Positions 20,401 to 33,594 of a DNA stretch of 64,000 nucleotides are shown here, piece after piece. Positions within the stretch are counted from its first letter, which is position 1. Every line of letters begins with the position of its first letter. Source of the DNA: Trypethelium eluteriae (taxonomy: Eukaryota); the NCBI GenBank assembly GCA_051942245.1, contig JAVECL010000024.1:1-64000 (forward strand). The letters are read 5' to 3'. The notes beneath the pieces were generated by a model that was given only the letters and a program-made list of their open reading frames with translations, ran no database searches and had not been told where the DNA came from. The position numbers and the translations under genes are program-made.

Positions 20401-23400
20401 TTCGGTGCTCAGCTCTATGTGGACTTTCGGCTTCTCTCATCTGATACTAGAAGCCAGGCCGTAAAGATCCGGAAGTAGTGGGTCGGTGAACGCAGAATGA
20501 AAACCGTGTGTGACCTTCAACCGTTTAGCAAGAACAGATTGGTTGAGCTTTGGGTCGTTTGCCACAAAATCATCAAGGGATGAAACAGCTTTCTCGGACC
20601 CTACTATAACATGGTTCAACGGGTGGTTGAAGCAAGCTATCTCGAGCTTGTCCTGATTCTCACCGTCGGCATTGAGAGAGGCAAGAATACTGGAGGTAGT
20701 CTCGAAGTCGGCTTGTAAAGAGATCATGGATCCTCGCTCAGCACCCCATGAGCTGGTAATCAGCTCTGCACGCCGAACAACCAATATAAGGGCATCGGAG
20801 AGCGACAGACATCCGCATATACACAATGCAGTCAGCTGCCCGAAGCTATGGCCAACCACTGCTTTAATGTCCAGTCCACAATCAATCCAGCATTTAGCAG
20901 AAGAATACTGAATGGCAAAGAGACTCGCGTGAAGGGTGGGCACATGAGAAATGGTCGAGCGCTGAAAAATAGCGGGATACAGGCTTCGTTGACCCAACAA
21001 GCGCAAGTAGGTTTCGCATTGATCGAGATGGAATCGCAAAATAGCAGCGTTTCTAAAGAGCTCTTCTGACAAACCCACGTAATCGCTTTCTTGGCCTCCA
21101 AAGACCATGATGACCGAGGGAGGGTTTGGTGATGTGGCGTCCGGAACAGACTCAGGATTTCTAGCAGTCTCTTCAAGTTTCTTCTCCAAATCATCGAGGT
21201 CCGTCACCGTTTCTATGAGGGTGTAAGGCAGTGCTTGATTTACCCGATCCGCAAGGTTAAACAGCAGAGAAGAAAGCAGAAATCTGGAATCAGTACAAGT
21301 GGCTCGCTCCGATCTTATAAACTCCAGAAGCTTCCTGGAGTACATCGACAAGCTTTTCCTTGAAGCAGCGGACAAAATAAGCGGTTGCTTCGATATGACG
21401 ACGGGTGTTCGCTTAGTGTCACCAGTTAGCTTCGGAGGAGCCTGACGCACGGCAACAGCAGCATTGCTTCCAGCTGCACCATAGCTGTTGATGCAGGCTA
21501 GTCGCGAGGATCCTTGCCATGACAGACTCTTTTGCGGGATCTCCATCTTGTCAGGCTCAAGCGCGGGAATCTTCGGGTTGAGGGAGTTGAAGTTGGCTTG
21601 ACCCAGGATTGAACACTTCTGCATCATGAGGAGAACCTTGATCAAACCCGCTACCCCCGATGAAGCCTCTGTATGACCAATATGGCCTTTGACAGAACCA
21701 AAATATAGTGTTTCTTTGCGATCAGGCCCTGAGAACCCCTCTCGAATACTCTGACACTCAATTGGGTCGCCAATTTGGGTGCCTGCGTTACCGACGAAGA
21801 TAAGCTTCTATACGCACTGGGATACTATACAAGAACAGCTTACCGGTGCCGTGTGCCTCCACGTATGATACTTGCGATGGTGCTGCATTTGCCATGTGCA
21901 AGACATTGCTATAAACCCTCGTCTGTGACGTTGAGCATGGAACGGTGATGTGGGCATCGTTCAAATTCTGGTTAACCGAGGAGCCGACGATAACTCCTAG
22001 GACATTGTCATGCTCTTCCAGAGCAGCTGATAGTGATTTGAGCACAACGACTCCAACGCCTTCGCCTCTACAGTAACCGTCAGCTGAAGCATCAAAGGGT
22101 TTACAAGCGCCCGTAGGGCTTAGAAACCCGGCGGCAGCTAGGTTTTGGTAGTCAAAAGGGCTAGTGAAGATATTAGTCCCACCCGCAAGGGCTCGGGTAC
22201 ATTCTCCGCTTTGGATTGCTCGGCACGCAGCATTGATTGCAACAAGTGAAGATGAACATGCTGTATCAACCGTCATAGCAGGGCCTGTCAATCCAAATTG
22301 ATGGCTGATTCGTCCACTGAAAAAGGCTCGGGAAGTACCCAGCATCGAATATGCTGTTGGTGGATGACATACGACATTGTCATAATAATTATTCGCGACG
22401 GCGCCAAGGTAACAGCCGTAGTCTGTTGGCACAGACCGAGAACCTGATCCTGACCCAAAGAATCCAGCAGATTCGAGTGTTTCATACGCTACCTCAAGCA
22501 AGACGCGCAGCTCAGGATCCCATGAAACTGCCTCGCGCGTTGTCTTTTTAAAGAAGCGATGATCAAAAGCATCGGGATCGTCAATGAAATTGCCCCAGAA
22601 CTGGGTCTCAGGACGATCCGCAATACGTTTACTGTTGAGGATCAATCGGGTAGGAGGTTTCTGTACTGTGGAGACACCGGAGGCCAAGAGCTCCCAAAAC
22701 CTTTCGATAGAATCGGCTCCAGGAAAGCGGCAGGCCATGCCAACGACTGCGATCGAATGGGGAGGATATTGACCATTCAAGTCACGTACCGTCCCAGAAG
22801 ACTGCGGAACACCATTGGTCCCATTGGCGGCCTTTGCCATTGGCGGTGTGGACTTTGCATGTCCATTCGATATTCGTCGGGCAAGACTAAATGGAATGAT
22901 ACCTTCTTCACAACCCAGGACCACCGTCGTCGGATTCTCTGTTGGAAAGTCGTCTAGTGATGCTTTCACTGTTCCATACCAATCTGATGCGTGAAGTAGG
23001 ATACTTTCAAGGGCGACCTTAAAGACTTCATCGCCATGTCCAATTGGCTGACCAGTAGCATTGCGACGTAACGATACCTTCAACCTAGCAGGATCGGGGA
23101 ACTGAAATCCATCCGTTGCGCGACAAAACGCATCCAGGTGCTCCACGGCAGTCGAATAAACCGCGGGGCAGTGATAACGAGCGGTAATGCTGACAGGTTT
23201 GACGCGGAAGCTAGCCTTGCGAAATGACATTGCCAGTTCTGCTCTGAAGTTGGCTGATGTCGTGACCGTTGCACATGTGTCATCAGTGATGCACGAAACA
23301 TATGTCTATTCTTGTCATCAGTAATGGATTCAGGGGAGACAACTAACGCTAGGTGCCTTATGAGACTCACACCCGGATAGCGATTTGAGATGGTGTCAAC

Positions 23401-24015
23401 GTCGTCCCTTGTCAAATCTTCCTTGCTCCATCGGACTGACAACGTACAGGCCAGATCTGGTGGGTCAGCATACATACTGTCGCAGTCTACGTATGCGCCG
23501 ATGCACATAGCTAAACGGATACTAATGGCCACCATATCCCCCAAGTCCTGAGTGCTTCCAGAGAAAGCAATAGCCGCTGCAGTGAGGAAGCCAGCGCAGA
23601 ACCCCTGCACATCATAATGCCTCCCACCTTCAAGCACAGACTGGTACCATGTGTCACCTCCATCCTCGTGAAGATACTGTAAGAATTGTCCTATCTGAAG
23701 AATCGCTGTCAGAGGCAAAGCGATAATGCTTGGTAGAGTTTCTGTAGAGATTCCCAGATCTCCAGAGTCCAGCCAGTGTCTCAGACAATCGAGCTTGTCA
23801 AGTCCAGGCACCCTGCTCAATTTTTCGTCCCTGCTGGCGAGTCGTTGGAAGACATTTGGGAAATCTTTAACGGTGGGTAATAGTCTCTCAGCCATGCCAT
23901 CGCGCACTAAAACCTGATGAATCCGTCTCACATCGCCTGGAGGTGGTAACTGAGCTTGAGGTCCGCAAAGGATCAAAAGCGGAGGTCGTGATTCTGCGCT
24001 GTTCGTTGCCGTCAT
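17425..24015 (-). pseudogene. Non-reducing PKS SAT-KS-AT-PT-ACP-CMeT (2154 codons) with one in-frame TGA at 20437-20439; possibly pseudogenised
   Basis: SAT GFCAG and RYH; KS DTACSSS, EAHGTG, GHIGHTEASSG; AT GHSFG, THGFHS; PT GHITS, DSLMQF; ACP LGIDSL; CMeT LEVGAGTGG, TNCIHAT. Introns 23306..23370 and 21783..21843. ORFs 20437..21645 and 17425..20370 share a frame, and the TGA is the only interruption. Confidence 0.8.
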
Positions 24016-24899
24016 ATCTCTTTTTTCTCATTCAACTTCGAGGGAACTTTGAATTTACTCTGCGTATCATCAAATTAACATCAGATTAATACATCATTTT
24101 CTCTACCATTCTTCTCACCTCGTCAAGTTCGTCGGCAGCAACTGTTCTGCCTATGAAGTTTTCTGCAGTTTCAATCAACTCTTTTCATTTTGTATGGTGG
24201 ATTGTATGCCTGGTAATACCATGCAACGCTGCTTAGTTAGGTCACAATAAGCAATTCATAGCTTCTCCATTTAAAAAGCGGAATGATTGGCACATCTGCA
24301 AACAACTTGTCAATGCGGGCTTACTTCTTACAAGCTACATATCACTGCAATAACAGGGCCGACTATCTGTTCAAGGCGATTGACCCGTCTACAAGGATAC
24401 AGTGCGAGTGGACTAATCGATTTTACAATTCGACGATATGGTAATTCAACAGAAAAAATTTGCTGATCGAGGCTAGACGATCCTACACAAGATTCCTCTG
24501 GAGATTCACATGCTAGTAGTACTGTCGACTATCTTGAAGAACTGTAGTGTACCGTCGGCCCGAATTGCAATCGCTCTGACGAGTTCGCAGTGCGTCTTAC
24601 TGCGCTTGACATCTGTCGCAGTTCTAAGTGGGGGTAGGTTTTCATTTTTTCTACGTTTGTTTTTTGGTGCGGAACTGAAGACTTATCCCGTTTTTTCAGT
24701 TCATCACTGCTCTAGAGTGGTCATGTTATCTAGTTGAAGCGGATCTCCTCTTTTGGCCGTAATTTTGGGCAGCTGAAAGCCACTGCCCGATCCCTGGACG
24801 ATAAGAACAGTATAACGGTATGTATGTTTCGGCCTCTGGTGCCATTAGACATAGTAAGATGCTGCAGGGTGACTCGTTTGGCTTCTGGCGTTGTCGTGA

Positions 24900-25715
24900 T
24901 CAGTCGGTGACACCGGTCTCTTTACCGAGAGCTAGAATTTGAGCTGCGACGACGGCAACGTCTTTCGTCTTGATCGGTACACGATGGTCTCCGTCCCACT
25001 CAACCACACGAGTGGTTCCAGGCTTGCAGTAGTCCTTAAGCAGCTGGCGATGCAATGCAAGGCCGGGATCCTTCATACCATGCACATGGAGAGTAGGCAA
25101 GCACAGTACATGCTCGTCACCCTGCATGAAAGGGCCGCTGACGTTAGCGAAAGCGCCCGTTGTGAGTTCGTTAGCATCGACAAGGGCAAGCGAGTCGGTA
25201 ACCTCAACATCGAGCGACAGTAGTGGCGCGCGGCCTGCCAGAAGCACAGCAAACTTGAACTTGGAGCCAGCCATGGTCGCGCCGAGCTTTGTCGTCCGAA
25301 TCTGTTGTCGCAAGAGCAGGCTGGCACAGACTTTAGCACCTTGACTGAAGCCCATGAGTGCAACCCAGTCCCCTGTTCCCCCCTGTTGGTCGTCGCGGTC
25401 CATGGCTTGGTGCAGGTTCTCATCAATTTTTTCGATCATTGCATCAGGTCCTGGGTCTGGATGCTCGGGTGACCAGCGAAGCCAACGGCGGAATGTTTGG
25501 ACGTGTTGGAAAGTGGGGATCATGCCTGGGCCGGGGGTTGAGGGAAACGGGCCATCTGCGAAGCAGAAGCGGAATTTGTGTCCAAGGTGTTGGATTAGAG
25601 TACGGCATTGGAGCGAGAAGACTTCGGCAGTAACGCCGCCTCCGTGCAGGCAAAGAATCCGTGGAAGGTGTAGCGTGGAACCCGGCTGCGACGAATTGAG
25701 CGGTGAAGAAGGCAT
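24900..25715 (-). CDS. FSH1-family serine hydrolase (CitA/LovG-like)
   Basis: PRILCLHGGG, GFSQGA nucleophile, PTLHVHGMKDPG, WDGDHRVP; intronless; immediately upstream of the PKS on the same strand. Confidence 0.9.
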   Translation of the reverse strand: MPSSPLNSSQPGSTLHLPRILCLHGGGVTAEVFSLQCRTLIQHLGHKFRFCFADGPFPSTPGPGMIPTFQHVQTFRRWLRWSPEHPDPGPDAMIEKIDENLHQAMDRDDQQGGTGDWVALMGFSQGAKVCASLLLRQQIRTTKLGATMAGSKFKFAVLLAGRAPLLSLDVEVTDSLALVDANELTTGAFANVSGPFMQGDEHVLCLPTLHVHGMKDPGLALHRQLLKDYCKPGTTRVVEWDGDHRVPIKTKDVAVVAAQILALGKETGVTD

Positions 25716-27644
25716 CTTGAATGCAGGCTGAGGCGGTGGATCGACAATCAGGAGAAGGCTGGATGGCAGACAAAGAAAGAGCGTTCAAAAGACACGAGAT
25801 AAGTATTCTTGAGATGATTTATCGATTGCCTTCTCAAACTTATGGTACCCCACCCCCAGTCGCCATTTCCGTGATCAGGTCCAACGTCGCGGAAGCTAAC
25901 TTCGGGAGGACGGATATGCGCCGTGCCGCAAGGCTGAGGCTACCTTACCTCTGGTGCTCTAGTGCCTTAGGTATCTACAGTAGAAGTCTGCCTGTTGCTT
26001 CGCATGCAAGACATGGGGGTAAGCTTTGACCTCTTCACGTCGTTATGTTCTTTCTACTGCTCGCACCGTTCTCACATCGGTGCTCCCGTCCCGAAAGCCA
26101 GCAGATCGAAATCTCACGGTTTCTGTGGGGTATTCGCTTCTGGGATAGGGCACTCCGTAGAAGACTCCGTTCTTCGACTAATGTGCGACGTCATGAATCC
26201 CTGCCGCTCGGGTCATCCAAAGCATGCCCGGTAAAGGCGTATTCTGATCGCTGGGCGCCGCAGCCAAGGCATAAACATTTTCACCAGTCAAATTTTCGTG
26301 AAAAATCCGGCAAGATAGAAGATCAAGAGCTGGTGGAGTCGTTCTAGAAGGTGAGACGCCACTATTACTGTGTACGATAACAGCTTCCCAGCTCACACTA
26401 ACTTGTAAAGCCGGCGGATACGATGGCGCTGCGTACAATTAGGTAGATTGAAAGACTGCTTTAGGAAGCTCCGCATCAGACCTTAACAAGGCGGGCCTTG
26501 ATCTTCCGCTGGGTGATGATTTTGGTTGTAATGTGAGGTTGCGACACTTTTCAAGATGACAACACGTTGACTCAGCAGTAGTTATTCGGTTAGATTGAAC
26601 CAATCTTCTTCACTAATCAGATCGGGAGGCCCAAGCACGCAACCGCTGCTACCATTTCGTAAAGAGTATATGTTGCTGCGTCTACCTAATGGATGATCGA
26701 ATCACCGTGCGAGGTTTCTTCCGTTTGGAATGTTGTGCGTGTGACGACGCATCCAGCAGACCAACAAGATCCTTGCTTATACGTGGGACAGCTGACAGTT
26801 TCCCCCAAGCTCAGATTACATCAAATTCGGCGCAGTTGAGTTTTTCGTACCCTCCAAACTTCAGCAACACTATTTCGGCTAAAGCTGGCTTATGTATGAG
26901 TCTGACCTTAGGAGACTAAAATACAGAGGATTGTTGGCCTCGGAGTGAGATGAGAGCTTCGACAGTTCTGCCCCTTTCCCAGGTGCCTTGTTTTGTAAGT
27001 GACCAGTTTGCACTCATCAGTGTCTAGAGTTCAGCGCGGGACCTCATACACAATATCTCTTTCCTACTCAGTGTTAAGAAACCTTTGCCAGTAAGGAGGT
27101 CAACCATCTGAGTTTTGAGCAGAACGAGTTAAATCTAGATGCTTTGCCGTACTTCCATTACAGTAGATCTGCTTGAAGCTTCAGAGCTTGGCACTCGATA
27201 CGATGTGCTCGCAAAAGGTACCTGATGTTTTCTCTCAAGCAATGGGTCGATTGCTGATTCTCGCATCATACGCACGTCCCAAAACTAGACGCAGTGGACT
27301 ATCTTGTGTAGGAGGGCTGTACGAGATCGGTTTTCAGCTCGTGTGATCAGTCCGCGTGGACTTCGTCGCGCTGAAGCTGTGCAGGAAGCTGTGTAGAGTT
27401 AGTGCAAACTAGCAATATTGTAACAGCCATCCATCCAGCCGAAGTGCGTTAGACGGAGATTTAAGCTCGCATCTTCTGAGGCACTGATCAGTATAAGTTG
27501 ATCCGCTTGGAAGAACTACTCATGGTGGATTTCGTTCTTTGCCATTGAGCTCCATGAGTTATCTGATATCGTGAAAATTATCCTAGTCATCTGTTAGAAC
27601 AGACAAAAGAAAAGGTCTCGCAGGCGTTAAGCCTGGCTCCACCA

Positions 27645-28383
27645 ATGGATTCTACAACGAGGGTTCTGGCCGCAGTGCTGCTTCTTGCAGGGGTTTCCAC
27701 AGCCAGTACACCGACTAGATTTGCACCTGCGGTATCACAGGATCTTCCTCTCACATATGCCAACGGCGTGGAGGTCTCTCCGCCGGGACTTACATTATCT
27801 GAAGCTCGTACGTAAGCCTTCTTTCTGATCTATCCATTACTATTGCAGCGTTCTTTATCTCGTATGCCTTGGCGTTGCGTATCGAGAGCTAATGGGGAAC
27901 CTACCAACTTCAGAAGTAGCAGAAGCTCCGACTCTAGGCAATCCCGGTTTGGTCGAAGCTGGCAGCAAATATACTCTCGTTATGGTTGACTACGACGTCG
28001 ACGTCAGTGGTACGCAAACTTCAGTCCTGCAGTGGTATCAGCCTGACTATGCCCTGGATTCGTCGGGTAACAACCTCGTCGTGACCAATACATCGGCGAC
28101 CAATGCTTCATATATTTCCCCTCAACCAAACCAAGGTTCTCCCCACACCTATGTGGCTATCTTGTACCAACAACCTTCTGACTACGAGCTTCCTAGCTGC
28201 CTTGACACGCAGCTATCGGTACGTGGTGGACTCGATCTTCGGGACTTCACAAACGCCGCAGGTCTAGGCCAGGCCGTCGCAGCGGACTGGTTTCAAGTCC
28301 AAAACCCAATTCCCGCGACGACAACCTACCCAATCACTTCAACATCGGTGTTGAGTTACGACTGTAGTCGAACTGCGCATTAA
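27645..28383 (+). CDS. Secreted PEBP-like protein with diverged motifs; 2 exons
   Basis: ATG 27645 MDSTTRVLAAVLLLAGVSTA (signal-peptide-like); intron 27808..27913; YTLVMVDYDV, YISPQPNQGSPHTYVAILYQQP. Confidence 0.8.
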
Positions 28384-29390
28384 AAACGGTAGAGAAGGTA
28401 TGGACTGCCTTGGACAGCAGTACATGTGATATAGGGAATGAGCTAAAAAGGAGGATCGGATGAGCTTTTAGATAATGCGGGGTTTCTCTTTTGCTAGTTA
28501 GAAATCAAACCACTCTATTGACGGCGTGCATCGAGCTGTATCTTACTTCGACAGATTGTAAATAATTAAATCGCTCCGGATATTTTCTTTAGATCAATCA
28601 CTTTTTGTCTCGTGACCTTCAGCAGCTTCTCGCTTAGTTGATACAAATTCTGAGTGGATCTTCTTCGCTTAGCATTTTGACGGATCTATTCTGAGAGCTT
28701 GTATGCTTCCGAGCGAATGAAGGTTAGCAGAGCCTCCACAAGTACTAGCACGTGTAGGCATTAGTAGTTCTGCTACTTTCCTTCAGTAGATATGCCTCTA
28801 GAGCGCGTTCTAAGCTCGAGTAGGTAGATTTCCCGGTTCTCGAAGGTACATGTAGCTTTCGACAAAGATAACCTTACGTACATGAGTTAATAGTTATGGT
28901 AGTGGGTGAATACGCCCTTTAGAGATTTGGATACTCAAATACGTAGTTAGAACTCCCGAATTAGCGTTCTACTAAGCACCGAGTCCGCCTTGGCGGCGTG
29001 TCTAGTTGGAACTGGTCTGACCTGGTTCATAGCTTCTGATTGGCTGTTCACCGGAGCTCGGAGCATGCCGTGATAGCGTCCAGTAATGTGGCGTCAGCTC
29101 CTGCCTTCCAGGTGACTGCATCATAGTCAAAATTCGCCGACTACGCCGTACAAAGTGCCAAGCGTGAATCTGGAAAGATGAGAAAAATCAATAAGTGCCA
29201 TTATTCGTAATGGTCCTATGATAGCAAGGCTGCCGGGATTACCGGAGTTAATGCGTCACGTTGCACCACACCGAATGGGAAGCATGGACAGGGGGTAGGA
29301 GTCTTATATATTCATTCGCGATATCCACTTTCCTCATTTCTCATCCTACAAGTCATCGCGTCCCATCTTGCTAGGAGCCTTGAAGCCACC

Positions 29391-29998
29391 ATGCCTAGCA
29401 ATACCAGCGTCAAGCAGGGGTTGAAGCTCATCGAGGATGATAAGTCGAAGGTGCTAGGGCTTACTGTGGGCAATCGGTCGATCTCAACAGGCGAATTTGT
29501 TCCCAAGGCTGGTATGCCCCGCTGCGCGACTACCTAGCCTTCCGAAATTCCCGCCGTCAACCTCTTACTGACTTATGTAACCTTCTTATAGATGCTCAGT
29601 CAGCACCAGAAGTCTCTTTTGGGGTGCCCTCACAGTCAGCCACCTACTTGGTCGTCGGTCTGGACCTCGATGCCCCTCTACCTTCTTTTGGCGTCCTTGG
29701 GCCCATCCTACACTGGATTCAGCCTGGTTTCAAGGCATCGCCATCCTCAAACACCTTAGCTTCTTCCGAGCCGTTCGTTGCAAATTACATCGGTCCGGCC
29801 CCTCCTCCATTCAGTGGCCCCCATCGCTACGCATTTTTCTTGTATGAACAGCCCGAGGGTTTCAGTGGCAAGAAGTATGCACCACCGAACGGAAAGCCGC
29901 TGGGAAATATGAATAGGATGAGATACGATTTGGATGCTTGGGTGAAAAAGGCTGGTTTGGGTGAGCCACTTGCTGTCAATTACTTCAAGAGCAATTAA
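29391..29998 (+). CDS. Cytosolic PEBP-like (Tfs1-type) protein; 2 exons
   Basis: ATG 29391 in GCCACCATG context; intron 29512..29591; DLDAP, ILHWIQPG, YIGPAPPPFSGPHRYAFFLYEQP. Confidence 0.88.
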
Positions 29999-30755
29999 GA
30001 GTGGAAGGCTTGATGGACTCGAGAAAGCTACTAGAATGTTGAGCATATCCATACGGATATGGACATGATACCCACAGAACCGCATCTCTTTGTCAGGTTT
30101 AGGACATGGAGTTGATCTGTAATCCAATAATCCTATTGAAGAGAGGTGACAAGAGAGACAAGATAGTCGCATAACAAATCAACAATTCATACACTTGTAC
30201 GTCAGCATGTGAAAGTCCTATTCGATGAGCTCGATCTTCGAGCGAAAGGTACAATGAAATGAATACTCCCCTGCAGTACTCGGAGAGTACCTTAGGCACG
30301 TTTGAAACAGTAGACAAGCTCTGAACCCTGGCAGCCATGCCATCTGCACTGTATGAAGAGAATTAGGATCGGCCTATATTGCAGCCAGGCAGCCACCACA
30401 CAAGGAATTGTCATGCGAAACACCCATGTTCTAAATTTGGACTGTCCTCCAACTGAAATACCTCATATTCACGAGTCGTGCACTTGAATGCAGGAAATTC
30501 ACCAAATCTTCGAATTGAGAAATCAATCAGATTCATGGAAGAGCGAGCTCTCGCGAATCTTCGTCGTACACAGACAATCTTTGTTCATGACACAACATCC
30601 ATGGAATACCCAGACATAGATACAATGATAACCGAGACACAAATTCAGTACCGCCATCTACATTATTTGATTTCACACGTCATGATTACGGCTACGGGCA
30701 GTGCATATGCAAGATAGATTCCAGTTGGTTCCCGCTCTGATCCTGTCCAATTCTG

Positions 30756-32283
30756 CTAAATGCTGTCCGGCTCCGTCCTGCTCGATGCAACCGTCGCAGC
30801 AGAGCTTTGCTTCTCCTGCGTGTCCAGTAGCGTACTGCCCCACTCGGGATCAGGCTTCGACGTGCTTGCGTTGTGGCTACCGGAGTATTCCTGGGATCCG
30901 AAGCTGCTATAGGGTTTAGAGCGGAGCCTGATCCACTGGGTAAAGACGACACGTTCCCAGAAGGCCGGGAGGACAAGAGCGCAAACGCAGATCAGGCCGA
31001 GATTTAGCTCGAGGACGCTAGTCTTTGTCAATCTCAAAGCTGTATCGAAGGATATGGATAGAAAGAAAAGAAATATCCCGAGAGGAATGGATCTTGTCCA
31101 ACGTACATAAAGAGGGTAAGTTTGAAGGTCTTCCAAGAGATGTCCTTATCGTCGGCGAGGATATAGGTTAACGCGAGACGGGTAATGCTTGCAGCATTAA
31201 CGCTATAAGTTGAAGAGGGCGTTAGTCTACATCCTCTTGTTCATCCTGGGGTCGATGCTGGAATCAGTAGCACAAACGAAAGATAATATCTTACAATGCT
31301 CCCACTCCAAACAACGCCATTAGCTTCAGTTTAGGCCCTAGTTTCATTTGAAGCTTCCATAGAAAAGGCAGAGGCAAGACTAGAATGTAAACGTCGCTGA
31401 TAACATTGAAGATTCCGGTGACAGAGCCGCCAACGCCGCTAGGCAAGCAGTGCCCACTCAGCCGCGGATCCCAATCCTTTTGTACAGGGATGCAAATGAA
31501 AATGTCATGGAAGATTTGGGAGATGTAAAGACCAGTGCAGACGAAGGCGCCGCCGTAGCATAGCCATTTCATAACTCGACTAGGGTAGAAGATCCGCTTG
31601 TAGGACCAGAAGAAGGCCAATTTGACCAAAAGCCAGATAGGCCTAGTCTCGATGGCGGTTATGTAGAGCCACTGTAGTAGGGTCAATGATCCGCCAATGG
31701 AAACTCGTGTCGGACAGGTAGGTACTGGCCTCGCCGAGTGGAATGACTTGCGACTTGGGAATGTCCCAGAGATGCCGACCCACACCAAGAGTCATTGCTG
31801 CTCAAAACAATTAGCTGTTGTAGATCATTATAGTAGCAGATCAGGTCGAAAGAGGACCAAAGTCCAAGGATGTCAATGAAGACAAGGATTAAATGTCCAT
31901 TTCGTACCTTTCAGCATACAACACGAGAATGCGACTGAGAGTGCCTTGTTACTCGAAAGTCAGTATGATGGAGTGTCGAGCAGAACACGATTTCTCTTAC
32001 CCAAGCACCTAGAATAAATCCTATTCAAATGCTCGTGAGTAATTTGAAGCATTCCAAGAATTTGGGTGCAATTCAACTCACCATCATCCCAACCGACTTG
32101 ACGCAAAACAAAGGCGCGAACCCCAACCCTCATGCCGACGAAGAAGGTAATGAGCGTAAGGCACACTGTATGTAATGCAATCGTATTGGCATCGTGGTTA
32201 GGGGGATTCACGAAATTCGGGGTCACGCCTGGTGGAGGAGGTAATGCTCCGACAATCCTGTTTGCCGTATAAGGGTTCGACAT
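30756..32283 (-). CDS. Pth11-like / fungal rhodopsin-domain integral membrane protein (no CFEM); multi-exon
   Basis: GALPPPPGVTPNFVNP, VGWDD, VKLAFFWSYKRIF, CIPVQKDWD, NVISDVYILVLPLPFLWKLQM, ELNLGLICVC; internal exon boundaries only approximate. Confidence 0.82.
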
Positions 32284-33594
32284 TGTTTCGCAGAGACCTT
32301 TCCAGGGACAGTTGTTTGGCTCGAATTGTGTTCGTGCACTTACGAAGAGTGACGGTTGAATTTTTTCCTGGCTTAAAGAGTATCCACACAGACTTGGCAA
32401 TGGCAAAGATCAGATATAAGACCGATTCATGGTCAGCCGCACAACGGCCAACGCCGAATACGGGCGTGAAAAGCTGCAGGGAAGGGAATTTAGCAACACA
32501 GCCCATCACGGCCATGTGCGTGTTTCAGCCTCTTGAAGAGAAGAATGATCACTTTTAGCAGCCTGGGTTACATAGTTCCCAGTCCAGCACTATGGCGATG
32601 CAGTAGTAAGGGGATGACGGGACTTTGCTATCAAGCCAGAAGAACTCCCTACATACCTTCTCGACTCCTTTTCTTACATCAAAGTCTGTTCTGGTGATGA
32701 GCCTTCTACTACCATGCCGATGACATTACTAGGCAGTCATCTTAAGGTTGCATAGGGTTAAGCACCGGGCGCTTCCAAATTTGGCGAGGGCGACCCCGAA
32801 TTTTCTGCACGCCCGACGCCAGTGTATGCAGGCAGACATACAAGAGGGCGTCGAGGTGAAGGAAAGCCGGGGTAGCTGGGCAAGGACTTGGGCATACCTT
32901 TGACCAGCATCAGGCAAGGCTGTACGCCAGAGCAGCTGAAATGCACGGTCAAGGAACGCAAGACACCTTCCTGACGAATTCGGTAGTCAGCCCCCACCAC
33001 CGCTTTGATGGTGAACTGTATGTACGCAGAATCGCTTGCAAAGACGACTTTCACATAACTCTCATTGGATATCAAGGGAATGGTAATGAGTGTTGGTGAT
33101 CCATGCGGGCAGCCTTGAAGACTTAGAAATCCAGATCGCCCCTTCAAAGCCGATTCGTTTGCGCTTCTTCCGCCCGGTGAAGCCTTGCAATACGATAAGT
33201 AACTTCCGGAGTGGCTGGCGTGACGGCCATCTGACGTAGTCAGCGCCGCAAGCGATGAACTTGTATGGCGAGGGCAGCTGAGGGTGGTGGAACAAAGCGA
33301 TTTATACACCGCCAGAGTGGTGGAAGTTGAGTACTCCGTACGATACGATACTCCGTGGTTAGAGTATCGTATTCTATTTGGTGGTCGAGTTACCACGGCT
33401 TAGTCAGCACAGCTTCCATACTTAGCTCCTGAACTTCAGGTGCGTAAATCTTCACCAAGAATCAGATGTTCCATTTCCTGCTCTAGCTAGTCTTTACCTT
33501 ATATCGTCAAGGTGTAACCAACTCCAGTCAATAGGCTCTTTCCAACCGGCACAGTCGCGAGTGTCGACCTCTTGGGCGAAGCCTTTTGTCCAAG

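Noticed and set aside
20384..20447. A third PKS intron explaining the ORF break
   Set aside because: Both ORFs are in one frame; the candidate 33- and 63-nt introns lack a branch point and pyrimidine tract, and the read-through sequence looks like normal AT-domain sequence. Not fully excluded without RNA data
25721..27600. Short ORFs between the FSH1 and PEBP genes
   Set aside because: No recognisable domain or consistent splice structure
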